Assembly (NCBI GenBank): GCA_963792585.1
Contig: CAWBWI010000003.1
Location: forward strand, 640,001 to 704,000
DNA length: 64,000 nucleotides
Direction of reading: 5' to 3'
From: Candidatus Eiseniibacteriota bacterium
Lineage (GTDB): Bacteria > Eisenbacteria > RBG-16-71-46 > CAIMUX01 > VGJL01
Shown: one piece after another, positions 1-11,326 of the stretch
Layout: the number at the start of each line of letters is the position of its first letter
Numbering within the stretch: position 1 is the first letter of the stretch
Position numbers and translations under genes: made by a program
The notes under the pieces: model-generated
Database searches by the model: none
Told to the model about the DNA's origin: nothing
What the model saw: only the letters and a program-made list of their open reading frames with translations

Positions 1-1
1 G

Positions 2-2329
2 ATCACGGGAACCCTCTTTTCCAAGAGCCCATGGGTCAGTGTGAGCGACAGTACCGGGGGCTTCGGCGCGATCCCCTCGGGCCAGACGGGCGGGAATCCC
101 GCGGATCCATTCGCTCTCGCCGCGAGCCCGGACGCCTATCCCGGCCATCAGGCGCACCTCGAGCTTGTCATGAACTCCAACGGGGGAATGCTCGACACGA
201 CCGACGTCGTTGTGCAGGTCGGGGTGCCGGCTACCCACGATCCCACCGGTCCGGATCGCTACGGGTACTACGCCCTCGACGACACGGATCTCGGATATTC
301 CGACGCGCCTGTATATAGCTGGGTCGAACTCGACCCGGCATACGGGGGCACCGGAACGGCCATCTTCTACCACGATACCCACGAGGGCCTCGATGAATCC
401 CACGTGATCGATCTTCCCTTCACATTCCAGTTCTACGGAGACGTGTTCAACAGGGTGACGATTTGCTCCAACGGGTGGATCGCATTGGGGGAAACCGATC
501 TTGCGGACTATCGAAACTGGACGATTCCCGGCGCGGGCGCGCCTCCCAATCTGATTGCGGCTTTCTGGGATGACCTGTTGTTTGCGGGTGGCAGCAAGAT
601 CCTACAGAAGTACGATGCGATCGGGCATCGCTGGATCGTCGAGTGGAGCCAGATGCGTAACGCATGGGGGAACGAACTCGAGGTCTTCGAGGTGATCCTC
701 TATGACCCGGCCCACTATCCCACGTACACCGGAGACGGGTTGATCGATCTCCAGTACCAGACAGTCTTCAACACGGATGAAACGGACGGGTATGCTACCG
801 TGGGAATCCAGAATGCGTACCATACGGACGGAGTCCTCTATACGGCGTTCAACATCAATTCGCCAGGCGCCGCGCCGCTCGTCAATGGCCGTGCGATCCG
901 CTTCGCGCCGGTGACGGCGGATCTGCGCGGGCGGATCTCGGGCATCGTGACAAACGCGGAGGACGGCGGGACGCCCGAGGCGGATGTAGAGATCCGCGTC
1001 GAGGGGCGGGATGGTTTCACGCGCACGGACGCCACGGGCGCCTACGACCTGTACCTGCCGCCGGGCACCCATACATTGGAGGCCGGCAACACGCAATTCC
1101 AAACGGAGTCAGTTGGGGGCGTCGTGGTGGATCCGGCGCTGCCGATGGTGGTCGATTTCCAGCTAACGGATGTGCGAGGACCCGCAATTGAACAGACGAC
1201 GGACATCGTGCACACATACTCCCTGGGTCCCTACGCGATCAGCGCGGTGGTGAGCGACCCGAGCGACGTGGCGGCCGTCTCGCTCCACTATCGTGAGTCC
1301 CATGGGACATGGCACGAACTGAGTATGACGCCCGTTGGGGACGCGTATCAGGCGGCCATTTCGAGCGGCGCGCCGGGCGAGGAATACCAGTATTATGTAA
1401 GCGCGCAGGACGGCCTCGGCCACGTTTCGTTCTCACCATCGGGGGCGCCCGACTCGACCTACTCGTTCCTGGTGACGAGCCTCATGGTCTCCTACGCTTG
1501 CGAGGTTCCTGCCCTTCCAGACTGGACGATGGGTGTCCCGGGCGATGACGAGGATATGGGCCGATGGGTGCGGGAGGATCCCCAGGCGGTGCTCAGTCTC
1601 GGCATCATGATCAAGCCCGGCGATGACCACACCCCGCCTCCGGGGGTCAAGTGCTTCGTGACCGGGCACAACAACGCCCCCGTTTTCGGCGGCTGCACCA
1701 CCCTGCTCAGCCCCAACTTTGATCTGACCGGCGCGGGCGCCGCGTTCTTCGGTTACTGGCGGTGGTATGGGGAAGCCCAGTTTGCCCCTGAAGAGGAGTT
1801 CGTCGTGGATGCGAGCAGCGACGGGGGTGTCACCTGGGCCCCTGTCGAGCGCGTGCCCAACTACCAGGACTTCTGGCGCGGCTGCAGTTTCCGTCTCGAC
1901 CAGTTTCTTACGCTCACGAGTCAGATGCGCATTCGATTCGTGGCATGCGATCTCGGGGAGTTCGGCTATACCGCCGCGGCGATCGATGATTTCTGGATCG
2001 AGGTCGTTCCGACCCACCCGATGGGGGTCGCGAACGGCCCGCAGGCGATGAAGACGTCCCTCCTTCCAATCCGGCCCAACCCCTCGCGGATCGGTCCGAT
2101 GGTGATCCGTTTCGCACTTGCGGAACCGGGTCCGGCCAGCCTGGGGATCTATGACGCCGGGGGGCGCCTGGTTCGTAGGCTTCTAAGCGAGACACGCAGC
2201 GCGGGCGCGCACGCAGTCTCATGGGACGGAACCGATGCCGCCGGCAGCCCGGTCGGCAGTGGTGTCTACCTCTGCCGATTCGAGGCGAATGGAACCCGGA
2301 GGACGAGCAAGATCATCTGCGTCAAGTGA
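2..2329 (+). CDS. Large secreted protein, 5'-partial: DPTGPDxYGY/nidogen-like region, carboxypeptidase-regulatory-like Ig domain, beta-sandwich, C-terminal FlgD-Ig domain (may be the tail of a C25/gingipain-like protein)
   Basis: Frame is open from base 2 (ITGTLFSKSPW...), so the gene runs off the left edge. C-terminal 'PNP...IYDAGGRLVRRL...G.H.VSWDG.D..G..VGSGVY' is the FlgD-Ig tail motif. Confidence 0.75.
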   Translation: MTGTLFSKSPWVSVSDSTGGFGAIPSGQTGGNPADPFALAASPDAYPGHQAHLELVMNSNGGMLDTTDVVVQVGVPATHDPTGPDRYGYYALDDTDLGYSDAPVYSWVELDPAYGGTGTAIFYHDTHEGLDESHVIDLPFTFQFYGDVFNRVTICSNGWIALGETDLADYRNWTIPGAGAPPNLIAAFWDDLLFAGGSKILQKYDAIGHRWIVEWSQMRNAWGNELEVFEVILYDPAHYPTYTGDGLIDLQYQTVFNTDETDGYATVGIQNAYHTDGVLYTAFNINSPGAAPLVNGRAIRFAPVTADLRGRISGIVTNAEDGGTPEADVEIRVEGRDGFTRTDATGAYDLYLPPGTHTLEAGNTQFQTESVGGVVVDPALPMVVDFQLTDVRGPAIEQTTDIVHTYSLGPYAISAVVSDPSDVAAVSLHYRESHGTWHELSMTPVGDAYQAAISSGAPGEEYQYYVSAQDGLGHVSFSPSGAPDSTYSFLVTSLMVSYACEVPALPDWTMGVPGDDEDMGRWVREDPQAVLSLGIMIKPGDDHTPPPGVKCFVTGHNNAPVFGGCTTLLSPNFDLTGAGAAFFGYWRWYGEAQFAPEEEFVVDASSDGGVTWAPVERVPNYQDFWRGCSFRLDQFLTLTSQMRIRFVACDLGEFGYTAAAIDDFWIEVVPTHPMGVANGPQAMKTSLLPIRPNPSRIGPMVIRFALAEPGPASLGIYDAGGRLVRRLLSETRSAGAHAVSWDGTDAAGSPVGSGVYLCRFEANGTRRTSKIICVK

Positions 2330-2365
2330 TCGGGAGACTTCCAGGTCCCGACCTCTGAATGCGAA

Positions 2366-2397
2366 GAGCCCCGGCCCCCTTGCGGGGGGCCGGGCTC
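2366..2397 (+). terminator. GC-rich stem-loop after the stop codon (terminator-like, no U tract)
   Basis: gagccccggccccc...gggggccgggctc, starting 37 nt after the stop at 2329. Confidence 0.45.
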
Positions 2398-2547
2398 CAC
2401 CTGTGCGCCCGGCATGGGCACAGACTTGGAGGTGAAAATCCTCCCCTGAGCAGGTCATAGCGAGGGAAGGGAAGCGCAACGGCGGGAGGGCGACCGACCG
2501 TCTGAAGGAAGTGTGGAACGAATCCACGGGCCGATAGGCAAGATACC

Positions 2548-2961
2548 CGCGTCTTCTGCTGCGACAACCTCGCCTTCTCGGGGGAAGCGGCAACGAACCG
2601 CAAGCACACGGCAAACGTGTTCCGGGATCTCCCGGACTTGATCTATCGGATGCTCTCGCAGGTCAGCTCAATGCAGAGCCGGATCCACGCGGAGATCGCG
2701 GCGATGAAGGTTCGGGAGCTTTCGACCGAGACGGCCGACCACCTCATGGTGGAGGCGGTCCGAAGGAACGTCCTTCCGGCTTCGAACCTCCCCAGGGTGA
2801 TGGAGGCGTGGGAGAAGCCGGCGCATGAGACGTTCGCGCCTCGGACTGCCTGGTCGCTCTTCAATGCCTTCACCGAAACACAGAAATCCCGGAGCCCGCG
2901 GGTCCAAATGGACGCGGGACTCCGCTTGAGCAGCACCTTCCGGATCGCGCTCGCGCTCTGA
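2548..2961 (+). pseudogene. 5'-truncated DUF932/DUF945-type phage/plasmid protein remnant
   Basis: Reading upstream in frame with ORF 2617..2961 gives RVFCCDNLAFSGE...RKHTANVFRDLP; C-terminal PRTAWSLFNAFTE is also present. No start codon or N-terminal half. Confidence 0.6.
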
Positions 2962-3067
2962 TCACGATGAGGCCATCCAGCTCCTGGGTGGCCTCCTTAT
3001 CTTTCGAGATAACTCGGACTCGCGCGACGATCTCTGGAGCGCCGTTACTGGCCCTGGGGAGGCCGCG

Positions 3068-5554
3068 ACGGGTGACTCCGTGCGTGCGGGGAACAGACTA
3101 ACTCAGGGCTGGCAAGTGTATACGCTAGCGGTTCATCCCCGCGCGTGCGGGGAACACTGCACAATGGTGCCGTCGGCCGGAGTATAGGCCGGTTCATCCC
3201 CGCGCGTGCGGGGAACACGAGGAGGCTGAGTCAATCTGGACGTCGCATCTGACGGTTCATCCCCGCGCGTGCGGGGAACACTGCGCAATGGTGCTCGTCG
3301 GCCGGAGCATAGGCCGGTTCATCCCCGCGCGTGCGGGGAACAGGTTGCGGCGCTGTTTATCGAAATCTTCTGGTTCGGTTCATCCCCGCGCGTGCGGGGA
3401 ACAGGTAGCTTGAACGATCACCTCTTCGCCTTCGCCCGGTTCATCCCCGCGCGTGCGGGGAACGGATTGCCGGCGCGCATGGCCCCGCGGGATCTGCAGG
3501 TTCATCCCCGCGCGTGCGGGGAACAGGCGCTATGAGCGCGTCCTGGAGACGATCCATACGGTTCATCCCCGCGCGTGCGGGGAACAGCGAGGCGGTCATG
3601 ACGGCAAACGCAGGGATCGCGGTTCATCCCCGCGCGTGCGGGGAACAGTTCACAAGGGCTAGACAATGGCTGTCGAATCAGCGGTTCATCCCCGCGCGTG
3701 CGGGGAACAGCATCAGAAACGTTGCGATCCCGACGAGGATCACGGTTCATCCCCGCGCGTGCGGGGAACAGGTCCCCAAGCGCCGGAACTTCGCCATGAT
3801 CGTCCGGTTCATCCCCGCGCGTGCGGGGAACAGAATGACCCCGTTGACCCGGAGCAAACGTACTTCGGTTCATCCCCGCGCGTGCGGGGAACAGGCGTGG
3901 CCTACCTGCCCGATGGACCCGAACATGCGGTTCATCCCCGCGCGTGCGGGGAACAGGCCCGCGATGCGTCGATTAGAGCATTGCAGGCCCGGTTCATCCC
4001 CGCGCGTGCGGGGAACAGATGCTGGTGGGTGACACGGAGAGTCCACCTGCCGGTTCATCCCCGCGCGTGCGGGGAACAGGGCTGATCGGCTGCGCTGCGT
4101 GCCCTCTGTGCCCGGTTCATCCCCGCGCGTGCGGGGAACAGCAGCTCCTCGAGCTGAAGCCACATGGCGGACGGCCGGTTCATCCCCGCGCGTGCGGGGA
4201 ACAGCTGCGCGTGCTCTCGAAGTTCTTCATCGCAGATCGGTTCATCCCCGCGCGTGCGGGGAACAGGACGCCGAGCTCGAAATCGCCGATCGTTGACATC
4301 GGTTCATCCCCGCGCGTGCGGGGAACAGTCGACGCTCGCAATGCAGCGATCGGCCGTTGACACGGTTCATCCCCGCGCGTGCGGGGAACAGCTCCGGGAT
4401 GCTCACGGGATACGGACGCTCGCCGGTTCATCCCCGCGCGTGCGGGGAACAGGGCGCGACGCCCTTCTCGGGAACCCCGTGTAGCGGTTCATCCCCGCGC
4501 GTGCGGGGAACACGGACACTGCGTTTCAGGAAGGGCATACCTTCCACGGTTCATCCCCGCGCGTGCGGGGAACAGCTGCGAAATCGAGACCAAGGGCAAC
4601 CTGATGCGGTTCATCCCCGCGCGTGCGGGGAACAGACCGTCGACCTCGATCCGGTACGTCGTCCGCCCGGTTCATCCCCGCGCGTGCGGGGAACAGCGCG
4701 AAGTCTCCCGCAACGGTCGTGTACGTGAGCGGTTCATCCCCGCGCGTGCGGGGAACAGATCCCCGTGTGCGCCGTCGTCGCCGACAAAGAGCGGTTCATC
4801 CCCGCGCGTGCGGGGAACAGCGCACGCATCCAGTGCCCTGGTTCGCTGGAACACGGTTCATCCCCGCGCGTGCGGGGAACAGTCCCGGCAGGCGTCGATC
4901 TGCTCGGCAACCGACGGTTCATCCCCGCGCGTGCGGGGAACAGGCCCAACGCCGTTAGCAGAAAGACTGCGAATACGGTTCATCCCCGCGCGTGCGGGGA
5001 ACAGTCGCTGCGCGTCCGCGCCGGTCAAGGTGCCATCCGGTTCATCCCCGCGCGTGCGGGGAACAGCATCTGGAGACGCGTTTCACTTTCTGTTCCTCCG
5101 GTTCATCCCCGCGCGTGCGGGGAACAGCCCCCCGTCGTCTCACGTCTGCAGGTGTGGTTCGGTTCATCCCCGCGCGTGCGGGGAACAGTCCTTCCTTTCT
5201 TGTCTCTGCCTGGGGATTCACGGTTCATCCCCGCGCGTGCGGGGAACAGGCCGTGCCCGTTGCGGGGGCCTCGATTTCAACCGGTTCATCCCCGCGCGTG
5301 CGGGGAACAGGCCCCGTCGAGAAGGGCAAGCGATCCCATCTTCGGTTCATCCCCGCGCGTGCGGGGAACAGAACTCATGGCCGCCCGCGCCGACCTCGTG
5401 CGGCGGTTCATCCCCGCGCGTGCGGGGAACAGGCGAGGGCGATTTGATCCTCCACCGGATAGCTCGGTTCATCCCCGCGCGTGCGGGGAACAGCCGTCGA
5501 TCTTCATCGTGAGGTAGTCGTTCTCCGGTTCATCCCCGCGCGTGCGGGGAACAG
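3068..5554 (-). CRISPR. Type I-E CRISPR array: 41 repeats (one degenerate terminal copy at ~3068-3096) and 40 spacers; 29-nt repeat (C/G)TGTTCCCCGCACGCGCGGGGATGAACCG
   Basis: Repeats counted at a 60-63 nt period from 3129 to 5526. The CCCCGC/GCGGGG hairpin is typical of I-E. The degenerate copy is distal to cas2, which sets the orientation. Confidence 0.99.
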
Positions 5555-5613
5555 ACTTCTCTCCACCTGCTTATGTCACAATCAGTTATCGGCAATCAAA
5601 GATCCTACCGAGT
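5555..5613 (-). promoter_or_regulatory. CRISPR leader
   Basis: AT-richer 59 nt between the cas2 stop and the first repeat. Contains an IHF-like CAAnnnnTTA (5579-5588) and TCGGTAG (5605-5611, minus strand), resembling the I-E leader-anchoring motif. Confidence 0.7.
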
Positions 5614-6816
<1,203 letters not shown>

Positions 6817-6820
<4 letters not shown>

Positions 6821-7449
6821 GGTGCCGGCGCCAGTGAAAGGAGGCCCAGTCCCATGGCTTTGCCATGCCCGATGCCGCGTCTTAGGCTCTCCCGGAAAAG
6901 ATTGGAATCCGTTACCTGGAGCCGTCCGTCGAAAAGCGCGGAGAAGACCAGGATCTGAGTCCCTTCATGGGTGCGTCCGCGCAACATCTGCTCCTGAGAC
7001 AGACGGACTGCCATGATCCTGAATCCATGCCGTGCACCTTTCTGGTCGAGCCAAGTTTCCTGGTCCGGCAGCTTCAGGAGTCCCATGCGCTTGCCATCGC
7101 GGGTCACGCAAGGATTGGCCCGCAGGCGGAATCGAAAGCGCGTCTCGGGAGCGAGGGTCTGCAGGCCAAGTCGCTCATCAAGGTCGAGACCGGGGTCCGG
7201 AGATCCGACGAACCAGCCGCGCACACCCAGGCGCGACCAGTTGGGTTCCCGAAGACTCTGGACAAGGAGTCGAGGATGCCCAGAGGGATCGGTCTCGGGC
7301 TCCAGGCGCCAGAGGAAGGCCCCTTCGGGGCATTTCTGCTCAGGCAGAGAGAAGGCTCGGCAGAGGGTGGCATGCATTTGATAGGGATCACTCAGGTCGC
7401 GCCGTGCCTCCTTGCAGCGAGAATCAACGTGGAGCCTATGCAGGAGCAT
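6817..7449 (-). CDS. cas6e: Cas6e (Cse3/CasE) crRNA endoribonuclease
   Basis: DPYQMH, FRFRLRANP, C-terminal G-loop GIGHGKAMGLGLL. Confidence 0.96.
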
Positions 7450-8134
7450 GGTTGACCTTCCTTATTAGCTCCACCCATTCGGAACGTACGAAGCGCGCCC
7501 CAAAACGGCGTTCCGAAAATGACGATAGGGGCAGATCCATACGCATGGTCCCGCTCCCGTCCACGGATTCCCAGGAACACAGAAGCTGTTTCGGAGGATT
7601 CTCCTCTGGATATCGTCCACCGATCCAATGCCAGGTGGTCAGTGCCTCCGTCAGTTGGCGATCCAACAACCCATCTGGCAGCCAGAGGGATTCGGAGGGT
7701 ACATAGGACTTCCGGCCAAGGAACAGGGGCCAGACGGGATCGGAGAGCGCGGTATAGACCCTCATCAGAAGGTCCCGATCCGGCCCGTCGAGACCGACCA
7801 GGAAAGCGGCATCGGCAAGGTAGTGCCTCCGGGACACGACGCCGCCATCTTTGGCTTGGGATCCGTCCGCCTTGATGATGGAGTCTGTCGCGGCACAGCC
7901 CGCCGTCTGGTAGTCACACTTGAGGACGCCCGGACGGTCGTGGCGGACCCCCATGGCAAGGCGAGTCAGAGGCTCCAGATCCAGCCAGTTCTCGCGATCG
8001 ATTCCCAATGCGGCAGCCAGCAGCCCAATCACTCCCGACTTGCTGGGCTCTTTGCCTGTGTCTCGCTGATCGAAGCGGCTCGTGGTGCCCCAAGACTGTA
8101 AGGGACCCACTAAGCGAAGCAAGAGGGTGGACAT
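7436..8134 (-). CDS. cas5e: Cas5e (CasD)
   Basis: LLLRLVGPLQSWG, PSKSGVIGLLAAALG, YLADA, LFLGRKS. Confidence 0.97.
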   Translation of the reverse strand: MSTLLLRLVGPLQSWGTTSRFDQRDTGKEPSKSGVIGLLAAALGIDRENWLDLEPLTRLAMGVRHDRPGVLKCDYQTAGCAATDSIIKADGSQAKDGGVVSRRHYLADAAFLVGLDGPDRDLLMRVYTALSDPVWPLFLGRKSYVPSESLWLPDGLLDRQLTEALTTWHWIGGRYPEENPPKQLLCSWESVDGSGTMRMDLPLSSFSERRFGARFVRSEWVELIRKVNHAPA

Positions 8135-8136
8135 GG

Positions 8137-9297
8137 TTACTCCTTCACCGCCTGCAGGACCTTATCCAGAACTGCTTCCAGGGATGGCACACCAGTCCCG
8201 AATCCGGTGGTGTCGGCCTGCACCAGGTTCAAGACAAGAGTGGTCCCCTTCCCACCATAAGCGACTTCGAGCATCTTGGCCTTCTCCACCAGCTTGTTTA
8301 CGGAAGTCAACGTAAGAGAGTCGCTGTTCTTGGCGCGGATGGGCACCTCGAAGGCATTGGCGAGATTGCGCGGGGCCGTATTATGGCGGACCGAGACCGC
8401 CACAAACTCTGGGGGATTGTGGGCCGCGAAGGTGTTTTGCTTCCCCGTGGGCTCGGCCACTACGAAGCCCTCTAGAAAGGCGCGTAGACCCTTCGTGGCC
8501 AGCTCTGCATCCCCTTGGAGGTTCTCTACCAACTTCAACCAGTCCACAACGGCGTAGCGGTAGAAACAGGCGGAGTTGAACTCCACCGTGCCCATCATGT
8601 CCGCCCCGGCGGTGTCCTCGGGCTTGAGATCGTCCACGGCGGTGTAGAAGTCGAAATCGCGTTCGACGGAATGCGTCGAAATGGCGTGAGCCACCTGACA
8701 GGCTGCGTTCTGGTTTCTTTCGGGCATGTCGGCGAGCATGCGCCCGAAGAGCGCCACATCCAACGCCTTGCCACCGTTGAAGACCTTTTCGAGGGCCTTC
8801 TTCAATTCAGGATCCGCCTGCTTGGCCGCGTCCTTCTTGGCTTTGGTTGCCTTCTTGCTTTCTGACGGAGTTACGGGAGAAGCGATGGAATCCCATCTCT
8901 CGTCGATGATCCTCGAGATTTCTTGGATTTCCCGTCGCCCCAGGAACAAGAGGTACTCGCTCTTGCCGTCCTCCTTTATGGAAAGTTCAATGGCCGCCAA
9001 TGCCATGCGCACCTTGTCAATTGCCTCAGTCTCGGTGCGACCCTTCTCAACAAGGGACTTGGTCAGCGCATCCAGAATCCGCTTGGTGCGCGTGGCCAAA
9101 TCTTCAGAAGCCACCACACCCTGTTCGACCAGGGCGGCGAAGTGCTGCCGAACCGCCCGGTTGAGGCACTGACTGGAAATGCGCGCGCGGCGCGTGCCGC
9201 CGAAGAAAGCGTCCTTTGGAGCTCCGGTGTCGTCACGGTTTAGGTTCGACGGCGCAAAGTTCTGTAAGGCGTGGATCTCGATGAGCGTCTTCATCAA
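8137..9297 (-). CDS. cas7e: Cas7e (Cse4/CasC)
   Basis: PSNLNRDDTGAPK, DVALFGRMLA, QVAHAISTH, DFYTAVDD, PTGKQNTFA. Confidence 0.98.
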   Translation of the reverse strand: MMKTLIEIHALQNFAPSNLNRDDTGAPKDAFFGGTRRARISSQCLNRAVRQHFAALVEQGVVASEDLATRTKRILDALTKSLVEKGRTETEAIDKVRMALAAIELSIKEDGKSEYLLFLGRREIQEISRIIDERWDSIASPVTPSESKKATKAKKDAAKQADPELKKALEKVFNGGKALDVALFGRMLADMPERNQNAACQVAHAISTHSVERDFDFYTAVDDLKPEDTAGADMMGTVEFNSACFYRYAVVDWLKLVENLQGDAELATKGLRAFLEGFVVAEPTGKQNTFAAHNPPEFVAVSVRHNTAPRNLANAFEVPIRAKNSDSLTLTSVNKLVEKAKMLEVAYGGKGTTLVLNLVQADTTGFGTGVPSLEAVLDKVLQAVKE

Positions 9298-9809
9298 GTG
9301 ATCTCCTCGGTGGAGGCGGTTTGAGTTGCCGTTTCGCGACTCGTGTCGCGGTAGAAATCACGGGCCCAGGCATTCTGAGTGCGTTTCTGGTTGCCGTTCC
9401 AGTAGAGAAGTCCCGCCAGGAGGGCTTCAAAGTCGATGGGTTGGTCATTGAGCAGAGCGATCACTTGACGCAAGCGGTGTGGTAACTGATCTGGATCAGC
9501 ATCCAGCAGAGTGATGAAACGGCGTTCCGTGTTTGTGGATCCACTCGCCGCTTGATGCGCCGCGCACGCCTTTCCGATGGACATCAGCCCATCATTGCGA
9601 CTTTCACGCCAATGCGCGGCCCAGAGCCCGGCCACGAGGTAATGCATCTCCCGGCGCCAGCGATTGTCATCATGCTTCACGAATGGCTCGACGTACGGAA
9701 AGGCTGAAGGATACGTCCCAGGATCGAAGGCGAGACTTCGTCGGAGCACTGCCCGGACCCTGGTGTCCTTTTCGTTTATACCTTCCAGCCATTCGATGAA
9801 CCCGCTCAT
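9294..9809 (-). CDS. cse2: Cas11 (Cse2/CasB)
   Basis: RAVLRRSL, ERRFITLLDAD, LRQVIALL, WARDFY; position in the operon. Confidence 0.94.
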   Translation of the reverse strand: MSGFIEWLEGINEKDTRVRAVLRRSLAFDPGTYPSAFPYVEPFVKHDDNRWRREMHYLVAGLWAAHWRESRNDGLMSIGKACAAHQAASGSTNTERRFITLLDADPDQLPHRLRQVIALLNDQPIDFEALLAGLLYWNGNQKRTQNAWARDFYRDTSRETATQTASTEEIT

Positions 9810-11326
9810 ATATCCTCCTTTTGGGGTTCGTATCTCTGGATCTCGGCATCAAGTTCCTTAAGCTTGCGGCGGACAGGTCCCTCGGCCTTTGCTAGTGCCC
9901 GGATGGTCCAGGCATCGCCCATAGATACCGATGTGCGATGTTGCTCCCAGGCGGCCCGCAAAGTACCCCGGACGGATTTCAGCCACTGGCAGTGGATGTC
10001 CTCGGAATCCCGATCGGGGCCGTATTCGCGTAGAATCTCATGGAAATGGAACTCCATCGTGGACCAGTACCAGGAATTCGCAGTCATCTGATCCATGAAT
10101 CCTCTGATGTCCTTTCCCGCAGGTTCCCGATCACCCCGACACAATGAGTCGCGTGCGAAGGAACGACAGGCTAACCAAAGGGACTTCTGAGCTTCCTCGG
10201 CATCGATAAGGAGTTGGCGGATCTCAGTCCGGACGGAGCGATTTCCTGACAGAGCCTCAGGCAAGGCGAAGCGCTCCATACGCCAGTACTCGATCTTCGC
10301 CTTGTCGTTTGCTTGGCCAAGAATCAGTACTGATTGCGGAAAGCGATCCCGACTAGTCCGAGTCAAATTTGTTGCATGCTCAATGACTTGGGGGGCGAGA
10401 TGTAGTTCGTCGGGCAGAAGCGAGTCAAAATCCCTCCAGATTCCTCGATCACGGAACTGAATCGGCAGTTTCCCCTTCCTGTCGTCGATTCTGTATCCGA
10501 GCATCGGATCGATCTGATTCTCTGACAAGCTTCCGACTCCTGATGCAAAGGCGAGTTTCTCGATCCTCCCATCACCTGTTGCCATGAGACGAATGGAGCG
10601 GATCGCCCATGTGTATCGATCCGCGAGGCCTTGCGAATATCGTTTCACTCCATCCTTTAGGCTCTCCACGGATTCCGGACTCCGCTCCCAGTTAGGCTTG
10701 TCGTCACAGACGATCTCCCTATTCTCAGGGACCAAAGAAAACAGCAGAGTATCTTGGAGGTCACGCCCAAGGGGCAGTGCCATCACCGCCGTTGCCGAAG
10801 GTGCTGTTCCAGTGTGCGACAGTTCGCTCTTCCCGCAACTCACAGCAAATGTCTGCGTGGCAAGGATCCATCGAGCCGCGGCCGCCGCAGAAATCGAACC
10901 TGGAGCGTCAATAGCCACGTGGTCAAATAGAACCTTGGCATTGTCGGCATTGTGCTCGGCCGCAAGGACAGTCCAGGCTCTCCATGTCTTCGGTTCAAAC
11001 ATTGGGATTTGCCCAAATGGATACGTGTCGTCGAATAACCAGAACCGATCCCGCCACTTCTCAAGGTATGCCTGGATCTTGCCGCCCGGTAGCCCGTCCT
11101 TGAACAGGGCCCTGGCCTGGTCGATGTCCGTTGGGCCTACCAGAGCGCGATAGAGTACCGCCAACAGGAAGCGGTGCAGGGCGGCCACGACCAGTGGCGA
11201 TGGATCTTCGATGCTGGCGATGTACTTGGCTCGCAGCAGTGTTTCGCGGATACCCAGTTCGTCACGGCTTCCATCAGGAAACTGCACCGGGATCCACTTC
11301 TCATCAATCAGGTTGAATCGGTTCAT
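9806..11326 (-). CDS. cas8e: Cas8e (Cse1/CasA)
   Basis: FNLIDEKWIPV, RFWLFD..YPFGQ; lies between cas3 and cse2. Confidence 0.95.
   Translation of the reverse strand: MNRFNLIDEKWIPVQFPDGSRDELGIRETLLRAKYIASIEDPSPLVVAALHRFLLAVLYRALVGPTDIDQARALFKDGLPGGKIQAYLEKWRDRFWLFDDTYPFGQIPMFEPKTWRAWTVLAAEHNADNAKVLFDHVAIDAPGSISAAAAARWILATQTFAVSCGKSELSHTGTAPSATAVMALPLGRDLQDTLLFSLVPENREIVCDDKPNWERSPESVESLKDGVKRYSQGLADRYTWAIRSIRLMATGDGRIEKLAFASGVGSLSENQIDPMLGYRIDDRKGKLPIQFRDRGIWRDFDSLLPDELHLAPQVIEHATNLTRTSRDRFPQSVLILGQANDKAKIEYWRMERFALPEALSGNRSVRTEIRQLLIDAEEAQKSLWLACRSFARDSLCRGDREPAGKDIRGFMDQMTANSWYWSTMEFHFHEILREYGPDRDSEDIHCQWLKSVRGTLRAAWEQHRTSVSMGDAWTIRALAKAEGPVRRKLKELDAEIQRYEPQKEDI

Noticed and set aside
3269..5517. 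Many ORFs with repeating VHPRACGEQ / GSSPRVRGT / RFIPARAGN
   Set aside because: These are translations of the CRISPR repeats, not genes.
3096..5525. Self-targeting spacers within the window
   Set aside because: No match was noticed by eye; a real alignment is needed, so this is neither claimed nor excluded.
9160..9162. Cas7 SSQCLNR where SSQxLKR is usual
   Set aside because: A single substitution that may be natural variation or a base error; no functional claim can be supported.
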